Source of the DNA: Tubulanus polymorphus
Lineage: Eukaryota; Animalia; Nemertea
DNA: 64,000 bases
Reading direction: 5' to 3'
NCBI RefSeq assembly: GCF_964204645.1
Contig: NC_134031.1
Coordinates: forward strand, 9,176,001-9,240,000
This document shows positions 49,178-63,401 of the stretch, one piece after another. Under the pieces are notes generated by a model. It saw only the letters and a program-made list of their open reading frames with translations, did not search any database and had not been told where the DNA came from. The position numbers and the translations under genes were made by a program. Every line of letters starts with the position of its first letter. Positions within the stretch are counted from its first letter, which is position 1.

Positions 49178-49194
49178 TTATTTTACATATTTAC

Positions 49195-49548
49195 TTATTC
49201 GAAATCTATTTCATGGTGCCCTTTTTCATTCTTACCTTTGTATACGAAATAGAAATCACCAGAACATAATTCTTCTAAGTCTTCACTTGATAATCTATGA
49301 AATCTATCCGGTAAATATGTTCTGAATTTATACGTATTTCCTTTTAATCCTTCATATTCTAAGTGTATAACTAATTTATCTCCATAGTTATTAGTAACTG
49401 TAACAATATCTGTAATTAGATATTTCTTATGGATTGTTAATTCTGTTAATTTTTTGAATTTATAATCTACAGATTTTACATTTGTGATATCTTTAATTCT
49501 ATCTAGAAATAATTTGTTGTTCTCACTGTGCGCTTGTTTACTCTCCAT
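49195..49548 (-). CDS. 117-aa putative SSB (copy C)
   Basis: Intact homolog. Confidence 0.65.
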   Translation of the reverse strand: MESKQAHSENNKLFLDRIKDITNVKSVDYKFKKLTELTIHKKYLITDIVTVTNNYGDKLVIHLEYEGLKGNTYKFRTYLPDRFHRLSSEDLEELCSGDFYFVYKGKNEKGHHEIDFE

Positions 49549-49577
49549 TTTAATAACATATTTTTATTAAAATTTGA

Positions 49578-52500
49578 TTAACACGTTAGAATTCTTTTCA
49601 TTATCTCGTTCTCTTTTGTTTCTTCTCTTTTAAATTTTAAGTATTCATCTAAATTGCAACCATATGCAACTGTATGAATTCCATCATCTAAAATATATCT
49701 TTTATCATCAAATGGGTTTAGACTTATCTTTTCAATTTCTTCAATAAACATTTCATGATCTTCAGATCTTAAACATCTCATCTTATGTTTTCTAACTTCT
49801 TCATTGAATATACAATTGATGTAATCTTTGAAATGAATATTCTTTTCTACTACACTTTTGGTTATTCCTTTTAACTTTGTAGCTTCATGTTCTTTAGTTT
49901 TATATGAATACATTTTAGATCTAATACCGATGAATTCAATCATTTCTTCACCACCTAATTCATCTTTGAATTTACCGGGAACTTTTTTATTATCATTGCT
50001 AAACAATTCATGATCTTTAGGATAGTTACTAAAATCAAAATGATGTTTTAATGTTTTTAAATCATCTGTTATGTTATCAGTTTTTATCTTTAATATGTAA
50101 CTGTCGGTATCAAAATATAATATTTCTATATGTTTTTCTCCAAAAAGTGGCTGTAATATATTATAATAGAATTCATACATTAGTAATTTTGATAATTCAA
50201 AAACTGAAGCGCCAACATAGATTGGTTTATTAAATTTCATTGATGTTCTTCTCATCTTAACTGCAGCTAAATTTTCATCAAATATTCTGTTACCAATGAA
50301 CTTAGGATATGATTGTAAATGTCTAATTCTTTTACCATTACTAACTAACTCATATCATTTCTATTTCTAATATTTTCACAAGTCTTACCATAGAATGCAT
50401 TATTCATTAACTTGAAGAAATCTTTTTCGAAATCAGTTTTAGCTTCAGTTCTCTGTTTGGTGTTAAAATCTATATATTTTTCTAACCACTTAGATTGGCT
50501 GAATGAAATATATCTATGTACTTTTTTTAGAATCATTCCTTGTTTTAGATAAAACGTTAACATTCTATAATGTACTACATAATTATATTTATCTTCCTGA
50601 GTTACCATTAACTTTTCTGTATGAATATGATTTTCGGGTTTAATTCTTTTTTGGTAATTTGATAATTCTTCATGAGTTACAGTTTAATGTTCGGGACAGT
50701 AAGCTAGATTTCTAGATTTAAATTTTTTATCTTCAGGATATTCTAAATCTACAACAAAGAAGTAATCAGTATCTGAATCATCTGCAATATCTAGAATTAT
50801 TTTCTTCCAATCAAATTTATCATTATTTTCATTCTGTAAAACTTCACTTACTTCAAATACTCCATAAGGTTGTGGTTCCATCATTGCCCAACCATACAAA
50901 TTATTTGCATCTATATATAATAACTTATATCCAGGGTTATCATTTACATTGAAATATCTATCACCTAATACACCTGAAACTCCTCCTCTTATAGATTTTT
51001 CAAATAATAGTAATTGATCTATATTTGTTAACAAATCCATTTTTATATCTGTAAATTTTAATCCACAATCCCATGTTAAACCTGGTGATGAATAACAATG
51101 ACAAGGATCAATGTTAAAATATTTTAGGTTTACATCTCTAAACCTTTCGAATATATCGGTTAATAATAATACATCTGATTTTAAATATAAATCTACTAAT
51201 TGCCCATGATTTTCTATTTTGAAATGATTCCAAATATTCAATGTTCTATTATATACTTCATCTTTAACATATTCATTTTTTAATTCATCATAGAATTGTT
51301 CTTTCAATAATTCAGTTATATTGAAATCATTATGTGATTTATAAAATGAATATGGAATTGCTCCTTTATATCTCACTAATTGAAAATCATCATTATTTGG
51401 ATAGTGTTGTTTTAATATTTTTATTCATCATCAACTAATGATTTTGATAAGTTATCTAATGAACTATTTAAAAATCTATATGAATCTATAAATCTTAGGC
51501 AACCAAATTGGAATGATATATAATTCTCAGATGTTTTAGCTAACATTCTAAATTTATAAGTTGGTATTTTATCTTTTGATCTATTTGAATTTAATCTTTC
51601 TATTTCATTATTAATTTCTTCTATTTTATGGCATAACTGTTTGATGAATAAATGTGCATCATATCCTGATAGATTATGAAATATAACTGGTACAAAGTTA
51701 ATTTTCTTAGCTTGTAAGTTACAATTCTCATGTGCGGTGCCTCTAAACTTTCCATTCAAATGATCATGGTCTCTTACTTTTTTATCTTTATGATTAAATA
51801 TCTTTTCACAATAATAACATTTATCTGCAAACTCAAATGCTTCTTTATCTTCTTCTGTCATTATAATTTCTATATTTGTATTCAATAATTTACTAAATCT
51901 TATTTCATATTCAATTAATAAGTCACAAAAATGATTGATAACATTTTCATTTCTATAATGATAATATTCACTTTTAATTAGTTCTGGATAATCAGATTTT
52001 ATATATAACCCGAAAGCTGCAGCTGATTGATGAATCTTTTTAATAGTATTTGTTTTTGGTGGTTCTTCTGAAAAATCATTTTCATTAGAATTTAATTTCT
52101 TTCTTTTATAATATATTTCTTTTCTATCTTGATCAGTTAGTTCTTTATTTAATGATTCAAAATCTCCATATATTACAAATGGTACTTTATTTTTGTAATC
52201 ATATTTTTTGAATTCTAATATTTTATCCTTTTCATTTGGTAAAACTAATTTACAATAATCATGATTTTCACATAATTGTTTATGATTTAATAATGTACTT
52301 TCATTACTGAATCTATGTAAACATTTTCTACAAAGATATATTTTATGGTGATCATTTTCTGATTTAAAAAATAAATCGATTTTTTAATCCACATATAATG
52401 ATTCTCATAATATAGTATATCTATAACATCGTTTGAATCATAATCTTTTGATAGATATAAAGGTTCTAATGTATAATGTTTTATGTTGTTACCTTTTGTA

Positions 52501-53611
52501 TTTGGTAATTTGATTAAATCAAATACATTTATCTTTATATTATTATCTCTATTTTTGGGATGTTTTTAATTATAACAGGATACTTATCTATCTTATAATT
52601 ATTTTCAAATGGTTTATAATTTGTTAATCTATAAGTATGTTTATTATAATCTTCAACTGGGTGTAAACAACTTATTATAGCCCATAGAAAACATTTATCA
52701 TCTTCATTTTGTACATTTATTACAGCATTAGTTTTAAATGGTAGTTTAATATAACTCGTTGCTTCAATATCTGGTTCTTTATAATATGATACATTATTTT
52801 CATCTATTGGTTTCGATTTAGTTAACTTATTATATTTTGTGTTATAAACATGTAAAGTCATAAATATTATTTCATCAAATATTAAACCAGATCCTTCAAA
52901 ATATTTCTCTTCTATTTTAGTTTTTACTTCATTATAACATTTATCTAATTTATCATCTATATGTTGTTTAGATATAATATGTTGTGAATGAGAATTTATA
53001 TTATATATTGGTTTATCTTCAGATTTTATGAATTTAACTTTAGAAGATATACTTATTTTAGGATATTCAACATCAGTTATTATTTTTATTATTTCTTTCA
53101 TATTTTCTAAATGTTTTTTATTTTCTTCTAATGTTTTACCTTTATGAAATTTAAACTCAATAGCTGCTGGACCAATATCACTTTTAAATGCTTCGGTTAT
53201 CTCTATATCTTTTTTATTATCTAATGAATTAATATAATTTTTTACATCTTCCATGTATGGTCTTTTATTGTTTAATTTATTTCTTATTCTTTTAATTGTC
53301 TTCTGTTTCTTATCATTATCTTCATCAAAATAATCTTCACCTAAAATATCATTATTCTTATTTCTAATATGACTTTTAGATTTTAAATGTTCTTTATAAT
53401 ATCTTTTATCACTGAATGATTGATTACATGTATCACATTTGTATGTTTCTTTTTCATTCTTTAATTCATCTAATTTAGTTTCTAATATATCATCTTTATA
53501 TTCTAATTTTAATTTATTCTCTAAATGTGTTTTAGTTTTATTGTGTCTTGCTTTTTGGGATTTATCTATATTAATATTACATGTTGGACAGTAGTACTTA
53601 TTTGCTTCCAT
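49578..53611 (-). pseudogene. polB: Full-length pPolB of copy C, frameshifted
   Basis: All exonuclease and polymerase motifs across ORFs 52535, 51421, 50684, 50345 and 49578. Confidence 0.95.
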
Positions 53612-53817
53612 TTTAATACTAAATTTTTTATTAAAATTGATTTTAGAAGTTCAATGATTTATATCATGTATTATTTCAATCATACTTTACTAACACTTTT
53701 AATGTTCAAACATCTAACTCATACAAATATGAATATTGAAATAATGTTGTAAATATATACTTTTATATTGAATAATCTGTCAATTTAAATGTTATTCATT
53801 TACATGAATATTTTAAG

Positions 53818-54227
53818 AGTAATAGGGGTAATGGGCTTTCAGGTTAAAGGTTGAATGGTCGAGTTCATTAAAAACAAATATTAAAAGTAATTTAAAACTA
53901 TAATATATTTTCATAACCGTGTGTATTTCAGTTGAATAATAGAATAATTATTATTATTTGAATATATTTGATTATATGAATTTGTGTATTGTAAATAAAT
54001 CAATTGGTCGCGGAGCGGAGTGGTAGCGAAGTGGAGCGACCAATTGATTTAATACAATATGCTTTTAAAATTTAAATTATTAATATCTTAGAATAAATAT
54101 TTAGTTATAATATAAAATACACACGGTTATGAAAATATATTATAGTTTTAAATTACTTTTAATGTTTTGTTTTTTAATGAGCTCGACCCTTCGACCTTTG
54201 GCCTGAAAGCCCATTACCCCTATTACT
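53818..54227. repeat. 410-bp terminal hairpin of copy C
   Basis: AGTAATAGGGGTAATGGGCTTTCAGG..CCTGAAAGCCCATTACCCCTATTACT, ~110-bp outer stem, apical stem AAATCAATTGGTCGC..GCGACCAATTGATTT. Confidence 0.93.
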
Positions 54228-54679
54228 TCCGTTGATATGGGTTCGAGTCACCAGTGTGGTGCCGATGATATTTATACGATCAACTTTTCTCGATACGTTC
54301 ATAGAGAAATAAAATGATAAAAAGATGACGATATGCGTATTATATCAATGCGGGCGGGCGGATTTTAATTTTTATAAAAAACAAATTTATTTTCGAGCTA
54401 TGATGCGGGAGGGCGGACTTTATTTTTATCGCTAATTTGCCGATGATTTTTCCGATGCGGGTGGGATTTCAAAATCATGAGAAACAAGACATCTTTTTTT
54501 GGCCTAGGTCTGGATTACGTCACTTTGATGCCGTATGGAGGACGTCAAGAAATTGACGTAATTTTGACGAAAGAAAAGGACGTCTTAAATGACGTGGAGA
54601 AAACTTTCATTTCTTACTCAAAATCCAACGTCAGGTTTTGATGATTAAAGGACGTAATGAAAACGTAAAAATGCCTACT

Positions 54680-56700
54680 GGGTTAGTAAAGACGAGATAT
54701 CCAGAGCAATTCTATCTCTAAAAAATAACAAAGCCGCTTGGCTCGATCTAATACTCAATGAAATGCTGAAGGCAGGTGGTAACCTCATTGTTCCCGTACT
54801 TAGTAAACTCTTCAACACTATACTATCATCTGGGAATTTTCCTGACCAGTGGCGCTGCAGTATCCTTAACCCAGTTTTCAAAAAAAGGGGAAAAAACTAA
54901 ACCGTCCAACTACCGGGGTATAGCCGTTGGGAGTAACCTGTCGAAACTTTTCTGTTGTGTCCTCAAAATAGACTAAACAATTTCTCCGAATATCATGGTC
55001 TCCTACCAGAGTGCCAAATTGGCTTTAGAAAAGGTAGTAGAACTGCTGATCACATTCTAACTTTGAAATGTCTTATTCACAAGTATGTAAACAAAATGTC
55101 GAAAAATTACCTGTTCTGTTGTTTTGTTGATTTTAAAACTGCTTTTGACACTGTTCCTAAAAATCTGCTTTTGTATAAATTACTGAAAATGGACGTGGGT
55201 AATAATTTTTTTAATGTCCTTCAAAGTATGTACTCTGATGTAAAATACTGTGTAAAAGTAAATGCTAAACTAAGTCTTCCTATTACTTCCTCCACTGGAG
55301 TAAAGCAAGGCTGCTCCCTAAGTCCTCTCCTATTTAACCTCTATGTTAGCGACTTGCCATGTGGTCTCAGCAACTGCGACCCTGTCTCTCTTGACGACAC
55401 TGAAATAAGTTGTCTCATGTTCGCCGATGATCTGGCAATTTTGAGTAAATCCCACACTGGATTACAGCGTGCTCTAGATCGCTTATCATAATACTGTAAC
55501 CAGTGGGGCTTACATGTAAACATAGACAAAACGAAGATTATTATTTTTAACAAAAGTGGGCAAATTCTTAACCGTTATGTCTTCTGTTATAATGGTACAC
55601 AACTAGAAAATGTTCAGTCCTATTGCTATCTCGGTATAGTCTTTATGGCTTCTGGTGTCTTCAAAAATGCATGTACTAGAATCCTTGATCTAGCCAAGAG
55701 AGCCTTATTTAAACTCAAATCACTCAAGGTAAGAGAAAACATCAATATAGGGATCAAACTCTTCAATAGCCACATTTTATCTATTGTAAGCTACCGTCGT
55801 GAAATATGGTGCCCACTACTTCTGCAAAAGATTAACAATAACAACTTCTATCAACTGGTTAACAACTTTCTATGTGAAAAACTGTTGACAAGCTTCTCCA
55901 AATATTTACTTGGCATGTACAAAAAAGCTACCCATGCAGCCGTGCGTGGTGAATTAGGCATGTACCCTATTGCCCTGAACATGATAAGCAGGCCAATAAA
56001 ATACTGGTGCCGTATGTACGAATTAAAACCTAATGTACTTGTCCTAAAAGCATACAAATACTGTTGTTACAATCTAAATGAACAAGCTGCACCTTACAAT
56101 TGGTCTCTCTGTATTAAGTCCCTATTAAGCTGTTTTGGTCTGAACCATTATTGGAATGATATTTTAAGCTACGACCGTAGTGTCATCATACTACCCTCCC
56201 TACAAGCTGCTATGAGATCTCAGTACGAAAAACGCTGGTATTCCTCAATCAATGATAGTGACAGCTTCCCTAAACTACGGTGATACAAGCTCTTCAAAGA
56301 AAAAAGTTTTGTATGGAAAACTACTTATTATGTATAAAAAGCTTATCTCTTCGTAGAAATTTCTGTAAATTACGCATAAGTGCTCACCGACTAGCTATTG
56401 AAACTGGTCGATACACTTCCCCTAAAACTCCACCAGACGAGAGATATTGCCGCTTATGTAATGATAATAACTCAATTGAAACTGCACACTTTCTAACAAA
56501 ATGTCCGAAACTTAGTACTATACAAGAATCTTATATCCAAACTCAACGAATTTTCAGATGCAGTCTCTGTCTCCAGAAAAATTGTTTGTATTTCTCATGT
56601 TTTATAATAACGGAGATATAAAAATTGCCCACATAGTTTGTAAATTTGTCAATGATCTCTTTATTGAGCGGCGTAATCTACTATTATCGAAAATATTAGA
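54680..56700 (+). pseudogene. 5'-truncated non-LTR retrotransposon ORF2 (RT plus C-terminal Cys/His motif; RTE-X/CR1-group-like, clade uncertain)
   Basis: NYRGIAV, QIGFRKG, FVDFKTAFDTV, GVKQGCSLSPLLF, LMFADD, KLRISAHRLAIETGRY..CRLC..HFL..C. Confidence 0.9.
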
Positions 56701-58559
56701 AATGATATCAACCTGCCCTGAGAGGCGTTTTATTCTGCAGATATCATCTGCCCTGAGAGGCCAGTTAAACTGCTGCAGTTTCTTTTCTCTTTTTTTTTCA
56801 TTTTGATAAAACACACTTTTCCTACATTTACAATCTAGGCTACAGGCCTACGCATATTGACAAAATCAGGCTGAAAATTCGACAAATATTTTGAAGGCGT
56901 ATTGATATAGGCCTAATGAGTAATTGCGTGCTCTCCCAATCTTTTCTTCATCTCTTTTCTTCATATCTTCATTAAATTTTGTTACAAAAAGTTGCATCAT
57001 CGTTATCATTAATTACCAAACATAGCAGCAAAATTCTATTCCTGAGAATGATTGAATTTTCTTTTTCATTTAAGTTATAGATGCAATTTTTGATGAAATA
57101 TATATATATTTTGATAAAATGTTCCCACGGAGAAAAATCCAATTTCTTTATTTCTATGAAAAGTATTTGTATTTCTTAATTTGTTGGAAAATGCCAATTC
57201 CAATTTTATTTTCTTATAGTTTAGCGAAAATACATGTAATGAGCATTCCGCATATGAAACTTGTTTCCCTATCATCTTGACATGCAACTGTTTTAGCTAA
57301 ATTTGCTTAAAAGTATTTGTATGTTTTAATTAGTTTCTGAAATAAATATAAAATACAGCGTAGCCTTCTATGTTCGAAAACTTTAGTTTGAATCCGAATA
57401 TCCCGGTCACCTTGACTTGCCACCGTTTCAGCTCAATCTGGTGAATGGTTTTCATTTTTTATTGATTCAAACTACTGGCCTCTCAGGGCAGGTTCTGGAA
57501 AATCTGCAGAATGACTCATATGAAAGTCTACCGTGAAGTGACACATTTAAAGCACAGGGACTTGTCACAATTGATAGTGAATGAATAAAACCAATATCAA
57601 TGACCAGGTCCACTATCCCTGTATAATATAAAAACAAGGGTGGCAACAAATTGTCAATCTGACAATGACTTCTCAACTTCAATCGACTGTAATTCCAAAA
57701 ATTCTCAACCGATTCACATGAAATAAGCTTTAATACAACCAAGAAGATTTTCTGCTTCGAACGAGCCTTCAACCACCACTCTCCGACAATTATCTCACAA
57801 CGAAATCACCTTTTTTTGACGAGAGATAGCTCAAAATGGAGGTCTACCGATTCTATGGTGGACAGCAAAATGGTCGTTTTTTTCACTTCAAACGATGATT
57901 TCTATGTGAGATCTTAGAGAAAACCCCAACAAACCATACATTTTTTTAAACTACGCGGTCATACCTGTACGCTTATCTCATTTATTTGTAAAATCAACGC
58001 GATGGGTGAGCTCACAAGCTCAAAATCGAACAAATATACGAAAAAGTCACCTCGCACTATCGCGATGGCGGCCATTTATCACGTGACGTGCAGGTTCGGG
58101 CTATGTTAATAGAACCGCGACAAGTCTACGTCTGTAGACTTGAAAAAACGAAATATTTGCTAATAATACCACCCCTCAGACGAATGTTGCACTATATTTT
58201 CATAATACGGATATTTTATTAATTAACAGAACTTTTTATAAATTTTGTAATGTTTTTCGAAATCTCTAAGCCAATCAATGCGCGTGAAATATTTAGCCCG
58301 TTACTACGATATCACGTGATTAATGGCCGCCCAGTTGATGACAAGTTGAACGCCGTGTTCGTCCTCATTTTCGATATTGAGCTTGTGAGCTCACCCATCG
58401 CGTGGATTATACAAATAAATGAGATAAGCGTACAGGTATGACCGCGTAGTTTTAAAGAATGTATGGTTTGTTGGGGTTTTCTCTAAGATCTCACATAGAA
58501 ATCATCGTTTGAATTAAAAAAAACGACCATTGGCATTTGCTGTCCACCATAGAATCGGT

Positions 58560-59987
58560 GGCGCTATTGCACTTTCGTACCCCCCTCCCAAAAATTTTTA
58601 TTTCAGCATATTTATTATCAGGAAGGTCTAGGGATTCAAAATCAGTATCTTTTGACCCATAAAACTTACTTTTTATAGGTTAAAATTTTGTTATTTTGGG
58701 CCCTAAATCGCGTGTAAATTCGCCGATTTGCGACGTCAACAACGCCATGCCCATATTGAATGCACAGGGGTTTGGCGATGGGCTTGGATTTTATTTCCGG
58801 GTTGTTGATAATCTCGCGAGAATGGTGCTAAATATGAACTGCGAATAAATTCAAAATATCACGGAAATACCTTGTGTTTATATTGTTTATTTATCCGCTA
58901 TAAAGTTCTGATAAACAATTGGTCGTTAAGGATCATTATCAGACGGTCGTCACGCTTTACTATATAAAATCACAAGGGATGAAACGCAGTTCAAGTCGTG
59001 CCAGCCAGAAAGTTGGGACAGTCACGTGACTTAACGCTTCTTATTTGAGGGAACGCGAACCTGAAGCATATAAGATGGAAACTATGATACGAAAAATGTT
59101 TGAGAATAACTTACATTCAAATGCATTTTTTGACTATGAATTATATATTTCATCATAATTTATTCTTTATAAGTTATTTATTTCATATGAATCATAATCT
59201 GACAATTGATATCGGTCTGTGAATATGTTAACTTTTCGTGTTGAAGTTTTAAATGCGATGACATCATCAGAATGTCACGTGACTGTCCCAACTTTCTGGC
59301 TGAAAATTTAAGTACAGCAGAGGCCTGGCGTTTCATCCCTTGTGATTTTATATAGTAAAGCGTGACGACCGTCTGATAATGATTCTTAACAACCAATTGT
59401 TTATCGAAACTTTATAGCGGATAAATAAACAATATAAACACAAGGTATTTCCGTGATATTTTGAATTTATTCGCAGTTCATATTAAGCGCCATTCTCGCG
59501 AGATTATCAACAACCCGGAAATAAAATCCAAGCCCATCGCCAAACCCCTGTGATTGAATGTCAATCAAAGTTTCTAACCCTCCACTGAAATGTCATGACA
59601 TGAAAACTTTGCAAAAACCATGTTTTTAAACATAGCCATCTCTGAAAATGACGCTTATGTTTGCATTATTTTCATACTTAGCTATTTATTTAAAGATGTT
59701 CTGATGAAGAAAAGTTATACGCAAAAAAACAAAATTTTATCAATTCAATACAATTAAATTTATTGAGATATATTTATTCAGATGTTTTTAGGTGGTAATT
59801 AGTGCGGAAACATGGCCGACCCGTCGGTTTGAATCGAGGAAATCGGCCCCAAATTATCAGAATTTTGACTTGGAAAAAATTATTTTTTTTGTCAAAAGTA
59901 ATTTATTTTGACTCTACAGACCTCCCTGATTAATAACATACAGAAATAAAAATTTTTGGTAGGGGGGTACGAAAGTGCAATAGCGCC
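58560..59987. mobile_element. MITE with GG-starting TIRs and 8-bp TSD (Merlin-like)
   Basis: GGCGCTATTGCACTTTCGTACCCCCCT..AGGGGGGTACGAAAGTGCAATAGCGCC; TSD GAATCGGT at 58552-58559 and 59988-59995. Confidence 0.85.
58763..59552. mobile_element. MITE with ~225-bp TIRs and 8-bp TSD (P-element-like CANRG end)
   Basis: CACAGGGGTTTGGCGATGGGCTTGG..CCAAGCCCATCGCCAAACCCCTGTG; TSD ATTGAATG. Confidence 0.85.
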
Positions 59988-60446
59988 GAATCGGTAGACC
60001 TCCATTTTGAGCTAGGCTATCTCTCATCAAAAAAAGGTGATTTCGTTGTGAGATAATTGTCGGAGAGTGGTGGTTGTAGGCTCGTTCGAAGCAGAAAGTC
60101 TTCTAGGTTGTATTAAAGCTTATTTCATGTGAATCGGTTGAGAATTTTTGGAATTACAGTCGATTGAAGTGGAGAAGTCATTGTCAGATTGAAAATTTGT
60201 TGCCACCCTTGTTATTTTATTATAAAGTTGCAGGGATACTGGTACCCCCATCATTGGTCTCATCCATTAAACTTTCCCAAAGTCCCTGTGATTTAAAGTG
60301 AGGTTCTGAATGGATACTAGGCCCCATGCAGACAGACATCGTTAAACACTGAGAGTACCGGACCACGCTAAAGTTTCATAAGTTTCATTGCCGTTAAAAG
60401 TGCTCGTGAGTCGTGAAGGTATGTTTTAGTCAGAAACTTGTCTGAG

Positions 60447-61140
60447 CACAGGCACTCGCCGATGGGCTTGGGATACAGTTGCTGGGGTTTTTTGATAGTG
60501 TATTTGTGTTTTCATTCGTTATTCTGCAATAAATCCGAGAAAAAATGTCTTGGTACTGATACGTTTAAAAAGATAATGGCCGCTGGCTCCACACATGGCG
60601 ACCTCACAAAACACTAACAAACTTCGTTTTTCAAAGTTTGACAGTTATATATCCTATTATTCCACCCGACTGTGAGACACTATCAATTTGTGAAACGTCT
60701 TTAGTAATATAAAAGGAAAGGTAGTTGACGAAGCCTGAGACGGCAACACTAGGTGACCGGTGCCCGTGTGGCCTAGTGTTGCCGTCTCAACGCCTGTAAA
60801 GTTTCTCCTATACGCTCACGCTTCGTCAACTACCTTTTCTTTTATATTACTAAAAACATTTCACAAATTGACAGTGTCTCACAATTGGATGGAATAATAG
60901 GATATATAACTGTCATATCACTAGTAAGTGTCGTATAAAATAAAAGTTTTGATTTTAGATTGAAAAACGAAGTTTGTTCAGTATTTTGTGAGGGCCGTGT
61001 GTGGAGCCAGCGGCCATTATCTTTCTAAACGTATCAGTACCAAGACATTTCGGATTTATTGCAGAATAACAAATGAAAACACAAATACACTATCAAAAAC
61101 CCCAGCAACTGTATCCCAAGCCCATCGGCGAGTGGCTGTG
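60447..61140. mobile_element. Almost fully palindromic MITE related to 58763-59552
   Basis: CACAGGCACTCGCCGATGGGCTTGG..CCAAGCCCATCGGCGAGTGGCTGTG; 7-bp TSD GTCTGAG/GTGTGAG. Confidence 0.8.
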
Positions 61141-61975
61141 GTGTGAGGCAATCCAATTCAATAAAATCTTTATTTATTCCGTAAAGTACAAGCTTTGTAC
61201 ACAGTAGTCAGTAACCTGACTGTGGTTTAGTTTCACGATCGGATATTTTCACAAACCACAGTCAGGAATGGGAAGGTCATTTTTCAATGAAATCTTTGTG
61301 AGTCAATTTGACTCACGAGTAATTTGCCTGGCATTTTCTGGTCTTTTGAGAGATATCCGTCTAATTTTTGTTGTAATCAACGCACAACAGATTCGTAGTT
61401 TGTTTGATACCTATAACACCTCACCTGACGATCTTAATACATGTGCAAATCGGCCGTTAAGTGAGAGTAAATTTCCGTCAATTCAACGGCGGCCATTTTG
61501 AAAACTTGTGGAGGGTGCTGGCACCTGTGGACTGAGGCCAGGACCAATTCAAAATACTTTATTGACACTAATAACGCAAACTAACGAAATGAAACGATGA
61601 AATTGGAAAAAATTAAGAAATCAACACTCATTTACATTTTTCTTCAATCAGAATTTAATTTATTTACTATTATTTATTATGGAAAACACGAAGATTTGAA
61701 ATATAAATTTGAAAACTACCAAAAATAAAAATTATCGTTTCGTTTTGAAAGTTTTATATAAATCCTTGTAGGTCACCTTGTCTATCATGCCACATGTATG
61801 CAATGCTGAGAAGTGGCAGCTAATGGCGAAATTTGTGGAGAAATTAATTAATTTCTCAAAATAATGTTGATTAATCGCTCAAAACATACATAAAATAGGA
61901 TTATTTCAAAAGGTACCTGTGTTAGTTTGTGAATTAAGCCATTAATTGTGGACTGAGGTGAATAGAAAGTATATT

Positions 61976-62460
61976 TAGGGTTTTCTGTTACATCACAGAA
62001 AACCCTATTGAGATTCGCGTGTTTCTTATTATTATTATTTTATGTCACACTATTTTCACTAAAAGAACTAAGGCTTTGTTACCTTGCCGCTGTTGTCGAT
62101 ACAATCCGTATGATATCGTTCAGCTCACTGAGATCTACAAATACTCCGCGTGTTTTTTCACGAATCATCGTTACAAAAGCACTGTCGGGCCGTAAACATC
62201 GAAAATTTAGCCCCATTCAATGGGGCGACATGTTTTTCGAGTCGTCATCCCGAAATCAACCCGCAGGCCAATTGTCACTTCGATTATCAATTCAAATATA
62301 AATGAACTAATTTATTGCCGCAGACTTCACATTCAGCCGCGGTCTTCAAACAGTAATTTTAACAATAGCCCATTTTTCTCATCAAATCATATTACCGATA
62401 CACTGGAAGTTTACTACTTTAGATATTAAAAGCACTTTCGAGCCGTAAACATCGAGGAAT
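61976..62460 (+). mobile_element. HINE-like repeat, same family as 38340-38630; 3' limit uncertain
   Basis: 5' hairpin GGGTTTTCTG..CAGAAAACCC, (TTA)n, shared core GATACAATCCG.ATGATATC and GCCGTAAACATCG. Confidence 0.65.
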
Positions 62461-63401
62461 CGACGTGTGTCACTACATCGTCGTTCCGGGGATCAGCTGC
62501 GAGTTTCTCCTCATCATGAGAATCAAATCGAGTACAAATTAATTTGGTTACTACCAGTGATTTGGCTGCGGGTTTCAAGAAGTTAGTTTAATAATACCTA
62601 TTTTTCTCTACCAAATTAACCGTGTATTTACTAAGATAAATCTTTAGTGTACCGGGGAGTCGTAGGCCTAAACTAAACACGCCGAACAGATATAGCGGAG
62701 AAAAGCTGTTATGTCGACGAGGTATCAAAATAAAAGAATATATTACGTTATTCGGCCGCGGGCTTCAACCTCTATATCAATACCATCAATTCTCTATATT
62801 TCCTACAGTACATACCGATCATTGTCAAATGCACAAGGTATTTACTAAATACAAGTATATAAAACACTCCTATCCGTATGTTGGACTCACACTTGACATT
62901 CGGAGTAAGCGTTCGCTGTGGAGGAAAGGAGATCGTTCGCTGTGTCGAGTTTTATGCGACCTTAAGGCTTTAGGCCTACCGGTACTGACATATACTGTCT
63001 CAAACAAACACAGTATAAATGTTGCGGTTATTAACGGACTCATTGGATTGGACTTCAAAACAAAATTTACGATATTTAGGAGGGTTGTTATTCAATAGGC
63101 CTACGACAAATCAGTCCGGATGTTAGGCCTACGCATATACATAGGCCTACATAGGCTAGTAGCCTCTACTAGGTTAAAGCTAAGTTCACTGTATAGGAGG
63201 AACCAGATTTATTAAAATGCATGTTAATTAGTGATTAACTGGTTCTGACTTGCAACGATCAATCACAATTATCTATTTTATTGTCAAAAATGAAGATTTT
63301 TTTTTGAAAATTTCGTCTGAGCAGACAGCTTTATAAGCCAGACTTTTCATTTGAGTTTTTTCATCATAAATGAAACTGGTGTTTCATTAATTCCTAATGA
63401 G

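Larger units (their letters stand above)
46290..54227 (-). mobile_element. Polinton copy C, internally deleted, one end retained
   Basis: Terminus ..CCCCTATTACT at 54227; pPolB, SSB and penton, then fused fragments of downstream genes and part of the MCP (46292-46800). Confidence 0.93.
57551..60292. mobile_element. MITE with long TIRs, Kolobok-like (outermost of a nest)
   Basis: TTAA|AGCACAGGGACT..AGTCCCTGTGAT|TTAA; arm ~57630-58030 pairs with 58370-58559 plus 59996-60215. Confidence 0.7.

Noticed and set aside
8233-53611. Programmed frameshifting or stop-codon recoding to explain split viral genes
   Set aside because: Breaks fall at different positions in copies A, B, C and D, and other copies have sense codons there. 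This is ordinary decay.
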